Under the pieces are notes generated by a model. That model had not been told where the DNA came from. It did not search any database and was given only the letters and a program-made list of their open reading frames with translations. DNA of 64,000 bases. Origin: Candidatus Collierbacteria bacterium GW2011_GWA2_42_17. Its GTDB lineage: Bacteria; Patescibacteriota; Microgenomatia; UBA1400; MFAQ01. Positions 18,785-28,328 of the stretch are shown piece by piece. The stretch covers positions 30,684-94,683 of the forward strand of contig LCDA01000001.1 in assembly GCA_000998275.1 (NCBI GenBank), written 5' to 3'. Both the position numbers and the translations under genes were made by a program. Position 1 is the stretch's first letter, and every line of letters starts with the position of its first letter.

Positions 18785-20146
18785 ATGAAAAAAATAGTGA
18801 TTTGGCTGTTCCTTGTTGTTTTTGGCCTCACCGGGTGCGGAGTGACTCAAGCTTTCATTGATTTACCGGCACCGAGCGGTGGTTTGTACCCGACGGTACA
18901 GATTGTACAAACGATTGGAGATACCCAAAACGTGTCTCTCCAATCACCCGTTTTGACTCTTAAATATGGCGAAACCGGTAGCGGCGCCGGGTCAATGGCC
19001 TATGAAGCCGTGACCTTGACGCAAACTAATATAAACGGCACAATGCTGGAGACTTCGTGGGGAGATTGGCTAGAGTCAAATATTAAAACGACCGAGTCGT
19101 ATGACCCCGACGGAAAACTGATTGAAGGTAGAGTATTAATGAATCTGCCTGACGCAAGTATTTTGCAGTGGTTTGGAGGATGCTTTTCCTGCACTATCGA
19201 CCGAAGTCGTTTGATTTTGCAGTATATTGCTCCAGAACCAGGAAGAGAACCGGTCCTAAGCACCGTCTACTACCTGGAAGAATGGGGTTTGTCGAGTAAA
19301 GATGTTCTAGCGCTTGGGCAATGGGCAGTATGGGAAAACCCATCTTCCTTGTTCCCCGGTTATACGGAATGGGGTTTTTGGGAAAATACCAGCTCACCGT
19401 TTACGCAAGTAACAAGTGCCTTGTCACTTGCCAAAACTAATCTAAAGTCAGTACCACCAACATTGGCTGTGCGAGATGAGGATAGTATTCGCGAGATCAT
19501 CGGACGACAAAGTGGCTTGCGAATTTACCAAAACGGCAACCTTGTTGGTCAGGTTTTGTTCACGTATAAAAATAACTGGGGCAGAATGCCAAACACCGAG
19601 TTTATTGGTAAGGGTGCTTTGTCTCGAGTAGAAATTACGATGAATGATTCCTGTTATGCCGTATCGGTCTTAAGCCCGGCTCTATCTCCAAGACCCACAA
19701 GCCTATTTGTTTTCGAGGACTGCGGCGTTGCCGAGGCGGTGGAAAATACATCTTCTTGGACTGTTCTCTATGATCAAATCAGAAACGAACAGATTCCGGG
19801 AGTATATTTCGCCATTTACGCCAATGGTTACATTGGGAAGATCACTTCTTCAACATCTGATGGCCCGGTGGATATTGGCGAAGGTGGCGGGGTGTTTTAC
19901 TCTGTAATTGGCCAACCAGTTAATGAAGATTTCATTGAAGCGAGGCAAAACCTTTCCTTTATGGGTCTGGGTGGCATTAAGGCTTCCGGTTTTTATTATG
20001 CTACGTCAAATGTGTCAGGAAACGGTATTGACTACTACCTGGCAACCTTGATACTGGCGACGGCACCTGAAGATCTGGCAATGCGGAGTTTTGGACATGA
20101 TATCGGTGTCCTTGATCGTGTAGGCATGCCGACGGTTGTCGAGTAA
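18785..20146 (+). CDS. hypothetical lipoprotein
   Basis: start moved to MKKIVIWLFLVVFGLTGCG (lipobox) with RBS aaaggag; Trp-rich tandem motif WAVWENPSSLF/WGFWENTSSPF. Confidence 0.5.
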   Translation: MKKIVIWLFLVVFGLTGCGVTQAFIDLPAPSGGLYPTVQIVQTIGDTQNVSLQSPVLTLKYGETGSGAGSMAYEAVTLTQTNINGTMLETSWGDWLESNIKTTESYDPDGKLIEGRVLMNLPDASILQWFGGCFSCTIDRSRLILQYIAPEPGREPVLSTVYYLEEWGLSSKDVLALGQWAVWENPSSLFPGYTEWGFWENTSSPFTQVTSALSLAKTNLKSVPPTLAVRDEDSIREIIGRQSGLRIYQNGNLVGQVLFTYKNNWGRMPNTEFIGKGALSRVEITMNDSCYAVSVLSPALSPRPTSLFVFEDCGVAEAVENTSSWTVLYDQIRNEQIPGVYFAIYANGYIGKITSSTSDGPVDIGEGGGVFYSVIGQPVNEDFIEARQNLSFMGLGGIKASGFYYATSNVSGNGIDYYLATLILATAPEDLAMRSFGHDIGVLDRVGMPTVVE

Positions 20147-20162
20147 CTGAATTTGAATGACT

Positions 20163-20188
20163 GCCCTCCTTTACAGGAGGGCTTTTTT
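20163..20188 (+). terminator. rho-independent terminator after lipoprotein gene
   Basis: GCCCTCCT-ttac-AGGAGGGC 8-bp stem followed by TTTTTT. Confidence 0.6.
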
Positions 20189-20207
20189 ATGGGAAAAAAT
20201 TTCTCAT

Positions 20208-20237
20208 ACAAAAAACCCCGGAACACCAGGGTTTTTG
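20208..20237 (-). terminator. putative terminator ending the ribosomal superoperon after rpsI
   Basis: imperfect CCCCGG/CCaGGG hairpin flanked by A-run (+) = U-run on minus strand. Confidence 0.4.
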
Positions 20238-20254
20238 TAAATAGATAAAATGTT

Positions 20255-20734
20255 TTAACGTTTTGGAGACTGTTTCTTGGCACGTGCACGGCCACCCTGA
20301 CCAGACTTTCTGGTTTCTTTCATACGAGGATCTCTGGTAAGAAAACCGCCGTCGCGCATGAGCTTTTTGAATTTTTCGGGGTCGGCTTTCATGAGAGCGC
20401 GGCCAATGCCATGCATGATGGCTTCGGCTTGACCCATGATGCCGCTACCAGAAACTTTGATACTACCGGTATATTGACCTGAAACGTCGGCCACGACAAA
20501 GGGAGAGAAAATCATTTTCTTGATGGTTTCACCCTTGAAATATACAGATAAAGGCTTGCCGTTAATGACGAGCTCTTGTTTTCCCGGCCAGATGCGAACG
20601 CGAGCAATGGCGGTTTTACGGCGACCAACAGCTGAGAAGTACTCTTTAGGCATAACCAGAACGCCTTTTTTGACGGGAGTGGTTTTGACCGGTTTGACGG
20701 CGACTTTAGATTTTTTGGTTAGTTTTTGTGCCAT
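20255..20734 (-). CDS. rpsI: 30S ribosomal protein S9
   Basis: GRRKtAiARV, C-terminal ...KKQSPKR; Lys-rich N-terminal extension. Confidence 0.85.
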   Translation of the reverse strand: MAQKLTKKSKVAVKPVKTTPVKKGVLVMPKEYFSAVGRRKTAIARVRIWPGKQELVINGKPLSVYFKGETIKKMIFSPFVVADVSGQYTGSIKVSGSGIMGQAEAIMHGIGRALMKADPEKFKKLMRDGGFLTRDPRMKETRKSGQGGRARAKKQSPKR

Positions 20735-20736
20735 AT

Positions 20737-21171
20737 TTATTTTTCGGTTTTTTTGTTAAGACCCAACTCCTGAGAGTAAGGATGTTTATCACCAGCGAAG
20801 ATTTTGAGACGGCGTTGTCTGTCCTGTTGGTGTTTATTTTTGGGAAGCATACCTTTAACGGATTTTTCAATGACCTTACGTGAGTCTTTGGAGAGTAACT
20901 CTTGAAGAGTGATATCTTTTAAACCACCCGGGAAACCGGAGTGAGAGTAGTAGATTTTATCGGAGAGTTTTCTGCCGGTAACTTTAATTTTGTCGGAGTT
21001 TATGGCAACAACATAATCACCATTATCAAGATGTGCACCGGTAAGAGTTTTTCCCTTTCCCATGAGGAGTTTGGCAATTTCTGTGGATACACGACCAAGA
21101 ATCTGGCCATCAAGATCGATAAGATGCCATTTTCTATTGAGATCGGTTGGTTTTAAAGTAGTTGTTTTCAT
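20737..21171 (-). CDS. rplM: 50S ribosomal protein L13
   Basis: KWHLIDLDGQILGRvsTEIAklL. Confidence 0.9.
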   Translation of the reverse strand: MKTTTLKPTDLNRKWHLIDLDGQILGRVSTEIAKLLMGKGKTLTGAHLDNGDYVVAINSDKIKVTGRKLSDKIYYSHSGFPGGLKDITLQELLSKDSRKVIEKSVKGMLPKNKHQQDRQRRLKIFAGDKHPYSQELGLNKKTEK

Positions 21172-21176
21172 AGGAT

Positions 21177-21614
21177 TTATTTGGCTTTTTTAGTCTTTTC
21201 AACAGGAGCGGCTTTGACTTTTTTCTCGACAACTTTTTTCTCGACTACAGGAGGCATGGCCATCAAAGAAAGGGTGGCAATAGAAGTAGCATCACCTTTT
21301 TGGACAGAGACTTTTTGAATGGTAGTAAAACCACTTTTGCGTCCTCCCATGACCGGGATGATGGAGTCAACCAGTCTATTGGCCAACTTCGGTGAACCGA
21401 GAGTGGCAGCAACATTGCGACGAGAAGCCAGGGTGCCTTCGGTGGCCTTAGCAGCAAGTTTATCAAACAAGCGTTTGATTATTTTTGCTTTTGTTACTGT
21501 GGTTGTCAACTTGCCATACTCAATAAGTGACTTTAACTGAACCCTAAAGAGGGATTTACGCGAGTTTGAGTCACGGTTGAGCTTTGGAAGTTTTGATTGA
21601 TGACGTCGTCCCAT
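21177..21614 (-). CDS. rplQ: 50S ribosomal protein L17
   Basis: MGRRHqSKLpKLNRdSnsRKsLfR. Confidence 0.85.
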   Translation of the reverse strand: MGRRHQSKLPKLNRDSNSRKSLFRVQLKSLIEYGKLTTTVTKAKIIKRLFDKLAAKATEGTLASRRNVAATLGSPKLANRLVDSIIPVMGGRKSGFTTIQKVSVQKGDATSIATLSLMAMPPVVEKKVVEKKVKAAPVEKTKKAK

Positions 21615-21616
21615 AT

Positions 21617-22519
21617 TTATTCAATAGTAATGCCCTTCTCGCCTGCTTTTTCGATAACCTGCATGGCAGATTTTTCGCCAAGGTTTTTGACTTTTTTAAG
21701 GTCAGCGAGAGTGAGAGCTTTAAGGTCTGATAACTTGTTGATGTCGGCTTTTTTCAGGGCGTTGAGAACACGAGTAGGAAGGTCAAGATCGTCGACGAAA
21801 CCGGCGGTTTCGATGACGGATCTGGATTTCACTTCCTGAATGTAGGCTTCGGCGGAGTTAACGTAGTCAAAAAATCCGGTAGTGATACGAGCAGCGCTCT
21901 TGACTGCCTCTTCAGGGGAGATGGTTCCGTTGGTGGTAACAACTAGACGAACTTTGTCATAGTTACTGGATCGTCCGACACGAGCGGCTTCGATAGTGTA
22001 GTTGGCTTTGATGACAGGTGAGAAAGAAGAGTCTAGAGGAATGACACCTATTTCATCGGTAGCGTTTTCCTCGGCGGAGATATAGCCCATGCCTTTGGAG
22101 ACGGTAACGGTAGCCGAAAGCTTAGCTTTGGCGGAGGTTAAATGACAAAGAATGACGTCTGGGTTAGCCAGGGTAACATTGGCGGGAAGATCAAGGTCAG
22201 AAGCTTTGACAATAGAGGATCCTGAAGCTTTGAGTTTGATTTCAACAGGTTCATCGGAGTCGACGGCAAAGTTTAGAGTCTTAAGGTTTAGAATCAGCTC
22301 AAGAACATCTTCTTTCATACCGGCTAGAGTGGAGAACTGGTGGGTAACACCGTCAATCTTGACACGGGTAGCGGCGCCACCTTCGAGAGAGGTTAATAAA
22401 ACACGACGAAGCGCATTGCCAAGAGTGTGACCAAAATTCTGAGGAAGTGGCTCGATAATTACTTCGGCGGAGTTAACAGCGATATTCTTGACGGAAACTT
22501 TGAAATTTGGTTCTAACAT
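21617..22519 (-). CDS. rpoA: DNA-directed RNA polymerase subunit alpha
   Basis: N-terminal dimerisation domain and C-terminal HhH domain; conserved position after rpsD. Confidence 0.9.
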   Translation of the reverse strand: MLEPNFKVSVKNIAVNSAEVIIEPLPQNFGHTLGNALRRVLLTSLEGGAATRVKIDGVTHQFSTLAGMKEDVLELILNLKTLNFAVDSDEPVEIKLKASGSSIVKASDLDLPANVTLANPDVILCHLTSAKAKLSATVTVSKGMGYISAEENATDEIGVIPLDSSFSPVIKANYTIEAARVGRSSNYDKVRLVVTTNGTISPEEAVKSAARITTGFFDYVNSAEAYIQEVKSRSVIETAGFVDDLDLPTRVLNALKKADINKLSDLKALTLADLKKVKNLGEKSAMQVIEKAGEKGITIE

Positions 22520-22547
22520 TTTCTTTTGTTTTTAATTACTAAATTAA

Positions 22548-23171
22548 TTACCTTGAGTAGTACTCGATAATAAGATTCTCTTTGATGTCGCTACCGATTT
22601 CTTCACGAGTAGGAAGACGATCGATTTTTCCTTCGGCACCTTTTTTAGATAACCATTTGGCGGGGACATTCTTTTCGGTCAAGTTAGGAGAGACAAAAAC
22701 AAACTTGGTAGCTTTTTCGGTAAGAGAAACTGTTTGACCAGGTTTGGTGATGTAGGAGGCAATGTCAACTTTCTTGCCATCAATTTTGACGTTACCGTGA
22801 GTAACGAGCTGACGTGCCAAAGATCTGGACGTAACGAATCCAAAACGGAAAACGATGTTGTCCAGGCGAGATTCGAGAAGCTGCATGAGAACTTCACCGG
22901 TATTTTCGGTAGATTTGATAGCGATGTCATAGTAGTTGTGGAACTGACCCTCAAGAACGCCATATGAACGTTTGGCTTTTTGCTTCTCGCGAAGCTGGAT
23001 GCCATAACCGGAGATACGACCATGGGATCTCTTTTTTCCGTGCTGACCAGGAATTTGGGCGCCTGTCTTTTCGATAGGACATTTAGGGGAGAAACAACGT
23101 TCTCCTTTAAGATAGAGCTTGACGCCTTCGCGGCGACAGAGTCTGCATTTGGGGTCGATGTATTTAGCCAT
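22548..23171 (-). CDS. rpsD: 30S ribosomal protein S4
   Basis: MAKYIdPKCRLCRREG zinc-finger N-terminus, S4 domain. Confidence 0.9.
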   Translation of the reverse strand: MAKYIDPKCRLCRREGVKLYLKGERCFSPKCPIEKTGAQIPGQHGKKRSHGRISGYGIQLREKQKAKRSYGVLEGQFHNYYDIAIKSTENTGEVLMQLLESRLDNIVFRFGFVTSRSLARQLVTHGNVKIDGKKVDIASYITKPGQTVSLTEKATKFVFVSPNLTEKNVPAKWLSKKGAEGKIDRLPTREEIGSDIKENLIIEYYSR

Positions 23172-23194
23172 GTTTTGTTTTCTTGATTTTTTTA

Positions 23195-23644
23195 TTAGAC
23201 TCTTCTGGTTTTCTTAGGACGGCAACCATTGTGAGGAATAGGAGTGGTGTCAGCCAGTAAGTTGATTTCAACTCCGGATGTTTTTAACACACGAAGTGCG
23301 GCGTCTTTCCCAGGACCAGGTCCTTTGAGAAAAACTTCAACGGCGGTAAGTCCTAGGGATTTAGCTTTTCTGGTGCCTTCTTCAATAATAGTGGTCGCGG
23401 CGAAAGGGGTAGAACGCTTGGCACCTTTAAATCCGCAGGTGCCGGCAGCACTCCAACAAACAACATCACCATTCATGTTGGTGAAGGAAACGTAGGTAGT
23501 GTTGAAAGTAGACTTGACGTACATCTTTCCCTGACCGCCCTTGAAGTGAACGGCTGATGCTTTTTTCCCTTTGGTAGCCACTTTAGGTGAGGTTACGGGG
23601 GCGACTATTTCGGGAGTAGTGATTTCTGGTTTTGTTTCTGGCAT
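23195..23644 (-). CDS. rpsK: 30S ribosomal protein S11
   Basis: core S11 similarity with N-terminal extension. Confidence 0.9.
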   Translation of the reverse strand: MPETKPEITTPEIVAPVTSPKVATKGKKASAVHFKGGQGKMYVKSTFNTTYVSFTNMNGDVVCWSAAGTCGFKGAKRSTPFAATTIIEEGTRKAKSLGLTAVEVFLKGPGPGKDAALRVLKTSGVEINLLADTTPIPHNGCRPKKTRRV

Positions 23645-23653
23645 TTTGTTAGA

Positions 23654-24058
23654 TTATTTTTTTACGGCTGAGGTTTCTGTTTGGGTGGCGGCTTCTTTGG
23701 AGATGGCGCCGATGGTCTTTCTCTTTCCCTTACGGGTACGAGCGTTGGTGCGGGTTCTTTGACCGCGAACGGGAAGGCCCATGGAGTGACGGGATCCGCG
23801 ATAGGTTTGAATTCTTTTTAGGGTTTCAATGTTGTCGCGATTGATCTTTCGGAGTTCACCTTCTGTTGGAAGAGTTTCAACTGCGGCTTGGATGGCCTTG
23901 AACTCATCTGAAGTTAGGTTTTTAGTACGAATATTTGGTTCAACCTTGGCTATTTTGAGAATATCTTTGGCGACTTTATCACCAATTCCAAAGATATATG
24001 TTAGAGCAATGTCAATTCTTTTTTCGTTTGGGATGTCGATACCGGCTATTCTAGGCAT
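23654..24058 (-). CDS. rpsM: 30S ribosomal protein S13
   Basis: MPRIAGIDIP... Confidence 0.9.
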   Translation of the reverse strand: MPRIAGIDIPNEKRIDIALTYIFGIGDKVAKDILKIAKVEPNIRTKNLTSDEFKAIQAAVETLPTEGELRKINRDNIETLKRIQTYRGSRHSMGLPVRGQRTRTNARTRKGKRKTIGAISKEAATQTETSAVKK

Positions 24059-24073
24059 GTTTTTATATATTAA

Positions 24074-24187
24074 TTATCCCTGACGCTGTTTATGGCGTGG
24101 GGTGGTGCAAATAATGAACACCTTACCGTGGCGTTTAATAATTTTGCAGTTTTTGCATCTGGGTCTGACTGACGATTGAACGCGCAT
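24074..24187 (-). CDS. rpmJ: 50S ribosomal protein L36 (zinc-ribbon type), 37 aa
   Basis: Not in ORF track. [37 protein letters not shown]. Confidence 0.85.
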   Translation of the reverse strand: MRVQSSVRPRCKNCKIIKRHGKVFIICTTPRHKQRQG

Positions 24188-24251
24188 GCGTGTTTAGTTT
24201 TTAGTTAATAAATATTTTTGTATTATAAAGCAAACGGGGAGTCGAAAAGGA

Positions 24252-24470
24252 TCAACCTTGCCTGTAAGTGATTCTGCCTTTGTCGGTGTCGTAGGGGCTC
24301 ATTTCGAGCTTGACCTTGTCACCGGGCATCACGCGAATGCGATATAGTCGCATTTTACCTGCAAGATGAGCCAAGATTTCTCTGCCGTCTTCGAGAGTTA
24401 CCCGAAATTGTGTATTGGGTAAAGCCTCGGAAACGACTCCGTTTACCTCAGTCATCTGGTTTTTAGCCAT
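24252..24470 (-). CDS. infA: translation initiation factor IF-1
   Basis: MAKnq..eVnGvV...[10 protein letters not shown]..ahlaGKMR. Confidence 0.9.
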   Translation of the reverse strand: MAKNQMTEVNGVVSEALPNTQFRVTLEDGREILAHLAGKMRLYRIRVMPGDKVKLEMSPYDTDKGRITYRQG

Positions 24471-24516
24471 ATTTAAGTTGTACGAGCGTTATTTTAACAG
24501 ATAATAATAAAAAGCG

Positions 24517-25263
24517 CTAGTCAAGCGTGTCTTTTAGTTTTGTAAGCACGATAGGGCCGTCTGAGGTAAGGTAGACAGTCTCTTCAAAATAGCCTGTAGT
24601 CGAATGGTCTTGGGTGGATAGTGTCCAGCCATCGGGATCTTCTACCAGGTGCCAGTCGCCCAGGGTGTACATAGCTTCGATGGCGATGGTCTGATCTTGC
24701 TGGAGAATGTCTTTTTTATTGTGGCTGTCGGCAAAGCAAGGAATATAGGGGTCCATGTGCAGTTTACGACCAATTCCATGGCCTGTAAGGTCTCTAACTA
24801 CGTTAAATCCGGCTCCTTCGATGATTTGCTGCATAGTCTGCCCAATATCAAAAACCGAGTTTCCAGGAAGGGCAATGTCGATAGAAGCCTGGAGAGCTTT
24901 TTGACCTGTCTCCAAAAATCGGGATATTTTTTCGTCATAGGGAGGAACTTGCACAGTAACGGCAGTGTCGAGATGGTAACCGTGGTGAAAAAGACCCATG
25001 TCGATTTTGACGACGTCTCCCGGTTTGAAAGGGATGGAGTTTGGGATACCGTGAACCATACCTTCGTTGATGTTGATACAGGTGGCGTGACGATAGCCAG
25101 GCTCCATCTTGAATGAAGCTTTATCTCCACCTTCTTTAATTAGTTTGTCGGCTAAGGCCTCGATTTCGAGAGGGGTAACGCCGGCTTTGATGGATTTCAT
25201 TAACTGACCCTTGATCCAGCCTAAACGGGCACCTCCTTCAGTCATGATTTCGAGTTTGGTCAT
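24517..25263 (-). CDS. map: type I methionine aminopeptidase
   Basis: pita-bread fold metal ligands, conserved position between adk and infA. Confidence 0.9.
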   Translation of the reverse strand: MTKLEIMTEGGARLGWIKGQLMKSIKAGVTPLEIEALADKLIKEGGDKASFKMEPGYRHATCININEGMVHGIPNSIPFKPGDVVKIDMGLFHHGYHLDTAVTVQVPPYDEKISRFLETGQKALQASIDIALPGNSVFDIGQTMQQIIEGAGFNVVRDLTGHGIGRKLHMDPYIPCFADSHNKKDILQQDQTIAIEAMYTLGDWHLVEDPDGWTLSTQDHSTTGYFEETVYLTSDGPIVLTKLKDTLD

Positions 25264-25826
25264 TTGACGAGTGGTTCCAGCTTAGTAACTAAGTCCTTGA
25301 AGATAGTCTCGATATCCGGAGTACCGTCGATGACGAGGAGTTTTCCTCGCTCGCGATAAGTTTCGACTACAGGAAGGGTATTTTTTTCGTAAATATCAAG
25401 CCTGGCGCCGATAACTTCGGGGGTATCGTCGGAACGATGTTCGATTTCGGCTCTCTTGGATAATCGAAAAAGACTTACTTCGCGGGGAATGTCCAGTAAG
25501 ATTATTTTGTCGAGGTTGATGTCTTTTTCCTTTAACAACCAGTCGAGATACTCAAGCTGTTTGATGTCCCGAGGAGTGCCGTCTAGAATGAAGCCGGATT
25601 TGCTGGAAAGGAGTGCTGGTTCGAGGACTTGAATGACGGTTTCAAAGGGGATGAGTTCTCCGCTTTCGAGGATTTTACCGATGATTTTGCCCTTTTCCGT
25701 GCCACTTTCGGCTTCGGCACGAAGAAGTTCACCGGTAGAGATATGTTTGAGACCAAATTTTTCCGCCAGGAGTTTTGCTTGAGTGCCTTTTCCCGACCCT
25801 TGGGGACCTAAGATAATTAAATTCAT
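25260..25826 (-). CDS. adk: adenylate kinase
   Basis: ILGPQGSGKGTQA P-loop; short form without zinc lid cysteines. Confidence 0.9.
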   Translation of the reverse strand: MNLIILGPQGSGKGTQAKLLAEKFGLKHISTGELLRAEAESGTEKGKIIGKILESGELIPFETVIQVLEPALLSSKSGFILDGTPRDIKQLEYLDWLLKEKDINLDKIILLDIPREVSLFRLSKRAEIEHRSDDTPEVIGARLDIYEKNTLPVVETYRERGKLLVIDGTPDIETIFKDLVTKLEPLVK

Positions 25827-25827
25827 A

Positions 25828-27114
25828 CTAATCCAAGAATTTGTCGTAACTGTGCATATAGAGCTGGGAGTTGATGGTCTTTAAGATCTCGAGAACAACC
25901 GAGACGACGATGAGGACACTGGTACCGCCAATAGCTAGTGAGGAAATACCAGTAAACCCGGACATAATTGAGGGGAGAACGGCTACAAGACCCAGGAAAC
26001 TGGCTCCGACCAGAGTGATACGACCGAGGATAAAATTTAGATAATCAACAGTGTCAGGACCGGGTCTTATACCGGGAATGAATGATCCAGAGGAACGAAG
26101 ATCTTTGGCAATTTTTTCCGGATTGAAAACAACGGCGGTATAAAAGTAGGTAAAAGCGACCACCAGAACAAAGTAGAGAACGTTGTAAAGAACGGAGTTC
26201 GGAGACAACAAAATACTTAAGGTGGTAGCAAAACTAGCTAGCGCTGGCTGATTGACGCGACCCAAGACCTGACTGAGCATTCCGGGAATGAGCATAAAGG
26301 AAACAGCGAAGATAATTGGGATGACACCGGCCTGATTCAAACGGAGAGGGAGATGGCTACTGGCGACTGCGCCGTAAGAGGCTCCCCCGCCACGACGGGC
26401 GGACTGAATGGGAATTTCACGAACGGCTTCACCTGTTCGCACAATGGCATAGATAGCGGCGACAATAAAGATAAGAAAGATAAGGTAGGTGAAGATTCTT
26501 GTTTGATCAATGGTAGAAATGGTCTGCATAATGCTTATAGGAATACGAGTAACGATGCCAACAAAGATAATGAGACTGATACCATTTCCTAGACCGTAGT
26601 CATTTAACTGTTCTCCAAGCCAGATGAGAAAGGAAGTACCGGCGGCAAGAGTAAAGACAATGGAGGCGAGCTGAAGAGGATCATTGGTAGTGGTGAGACC
26701 TTGTTTTTGGAGAAGAAAAATAAGAGCAATACCTTGAAGGAAACAAAGAGGAATGGTGAGGAGACGAGTGTACTGGTTAATTTTTTGACGGCCGTAGTCC
26801 CCTTCTTTTTGAAGTGCTTCAAGCTTGGGAATGACCATACCGAGCATCTGAAAGATAATAGAGGCGTTGATGTAGGGGTTAAGACCAAGAGCCATGATGG
26901 AGAAGTTTCCAAGAGTACCGCCGGAAAAGACGTCGAGAAGAGACAAAAAAGCAGACGAGTTGAACATCTCCTTAAGGGCGGCAAGATTTATTCCCGGAGC
27001 GGGAACGTGAGCAACGAGACGAAAGATGGCGATAACAATGGCAGTAAAGACCAAGCGACGACGAAGTTCGGGAATCTTGAGCAGAGCACGTAAGGGAGCT
27101 AATAAATTATTCAT
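25828..27114 (-). CDS. secY: preprotein translocase subunit SecY
   Basis: 10-TM SecY similarity, conserved position. Confidence 0.9.
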   Translation of the reverse strand: MNNLLAPLRALLKIPELRRRLVFTAIVIAIFRLVAHVPAPGINLAALKEMFNSSAFLSLLDVFSGGTLGNFSIMALGLNPYINASIIFQMLGMVIPKLEALQKEGDYGRQKINQYTRLLTIPLCFLQGIALIFLLQKQGLTTTNDPLQLASIVFTLAAGTSFLIWLGEQLNDYGLGNGISLIIFVGIVTRIPISIMQTISTIDQTRIFTYLIFLIFIVAAIYAIVRTGEAVREIPIQSARRGGGASYGAVASSHLPLRLNQAGVIPIIFAVSFMLIPGMLSQVLGRVNQPALASFATTLSILLSPNSVLYNVLYFVLVVAFTYFYTAVVFNPEKIAKDLRSSGSFIPGIRPGPDTVDYLNFILGRITLVGASFLGLVAVLPSIMSGFTGISSLAIGGTSVLIVVSVVLEILKTINSQLYMHSYDKFLD

Positions 27115-27213
27115 TGGTTTTATTTTAGCAGTTGGCTTGAAACTTAGTTAGACAAAAGGTATTTTAACACCAAGAAAAACCCACCTGATGAGGGGTGGGT
27201 AAAACAGATTTTG

Positions 27214-27723
27214 TTATGACACTTCGAAAAGAGCTTTTGTCTTTTCGAACATGTCCTTGTCGACAAAAAAGAAGAAGCCGTTATCCAACTCCAACCAACC
27301 AACTTTGTCCTGATTATATTCATCAGGGTGATTGACTCTGTCGGATAACCCGCACCATCCTTTCAAATGGAGCGAGTGTTCGTCATCCAAGAGAGCTTTG
27401 ATGACGGCGATGACGCCTGTTTCGTAACTCTGGGGACAGATATAGAAAACCCCCTGCGTTTCACCAGAAACAATGGTCTTGAGACTTGACTGTTCGGCAA
27501 TGAAGTTCAAGGCCGCCGGCACAGCGCCCCATTCGAACTCGCTAGATCCCATGTAGTCAAAATTAAAGATATCCCCCAGAACATCCATGGCTTCTTTGGA
27601 GAGACCACCATTTTTAAGGCCTCCACCAAAAGAAAAGGGGCTAGCACGACCGATTGGTTTCTCGAGTCTTTGGATTAACCGTGTGCAACGCATGTGATCT
27701 CTCAACAGCAATTTTTCTTCCAT
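27214..27723 (-). CDS. hypothetical protein (169 aa) inserted between rplO and secY
   Basis: long ORF with strong SD aaaggag 8 nt upstream of ATG; no recognisable domain; own promoter and upstream terminator. Confidence 0.5.
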   Translation of the reverse strand: MEEKLLLRDHMRCTRLIQRLEKPIGRASPFSFGGGLKNGGLSKEAMDVLGDIFNFDYMGSSEFEWGAVPAALNFIAEQSSLKTIVSGETQGVFYICPQSYETGVIAVIKALLDDEHSLHLKGWCGLSDRVNHPDEYNQDKVGWLELDNGFFFFVDKDMFEKTKALFEVS

Positions 27724-27772
27724 CGTTTTTCTCCTTTTACGATATTGAATATGAATTTAAAGTTGCCCGGGT

Positions 27773-27781
27773 ATTATATCA
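27773..27781 (-). promoter_or_regulatory. extended -10 promoter element (TGaTATAAT) for the inserted 169-aa gene
   Basis: minus-strand TGATATAAT ~50 nt upstream of start codon, downstream of the terminator. Confidence 0.35.
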
Positions 27782-27823
27782 AAATATATCATTTTTTTGT
27801 ATTATGGGAGTTTACCTGAGCAC

Positions 27824-27853
27824 AAAAAGGCCCCATCGGGGGCCCTTTTTTTT
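27824..27853. terminator. bidirectional intrinsic terminator downstream of rplO
   Basis: AAAAA-GGCCCC-atcg-GGGGCC-TTTTTTTT. Confidence 0.6.
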
Positions 27854-27870
27854 GAAATACTTCTAATTAT

Positions 27871-28323
27871 TTATTTATTGACAAAAACGTATTTACCTCC
27901 AGCCTTTTCGATGGCTTTAATGGCTCCAGCAGAGGCAGGAACGTTGACCTCAAGAGCCTTCTCAAGTTTACCTGTGCTGATTATCTTAAAACCACGTTTA
28001 GCTTCTTTGTCACTAACCTTGAGTGTCTTGACCAAAGAGGCAGTATCGACTACAGCTTTATCTTCGAAGTAGCTAGTAAGAATATCAAAGTTGACGGTGA
28101 TTGGTTGAAGTTTGATTACCTGGAAACGGTGCTTGCCTTTGATGAAAGGGGTACGTCTGACAATTGGAAGTTGACCACCTTCAAACCACAAAGGGATAAC
28201 TCCACGAGTTTTTTGACCTTTTTGTCCATGACCAACGGTGTGACCACCAACTCCGGAACCAAATCCGCGACCAAGGCGTTTCTTTCCTGTTTTGACTGAT
28301 TGAGGGAGGTTAGATAAGTTCAT
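27871..28323 (-). CDS. rplO: 50S ribosomal protein L15
   Basis: MNLSNLPQS..KKRLGRGFGSG. Confidence 0.9.
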   Translation of the reverse strand: MNLSNLPQSVKTGKKRLGRGFGSGVGGHTVGHGQKGQKTRGVIPLWFEGGQLPIVRRTPFIKGKHRFQVIKLQPITVNFDILTSYFEDKAVVDTASLVKTLKVSDKEAKRGFKIISTGKLEKALEVNVPASAGAIKAIEKAGGKYVFVNK

Positions 28324-28328
28324 AGGAT

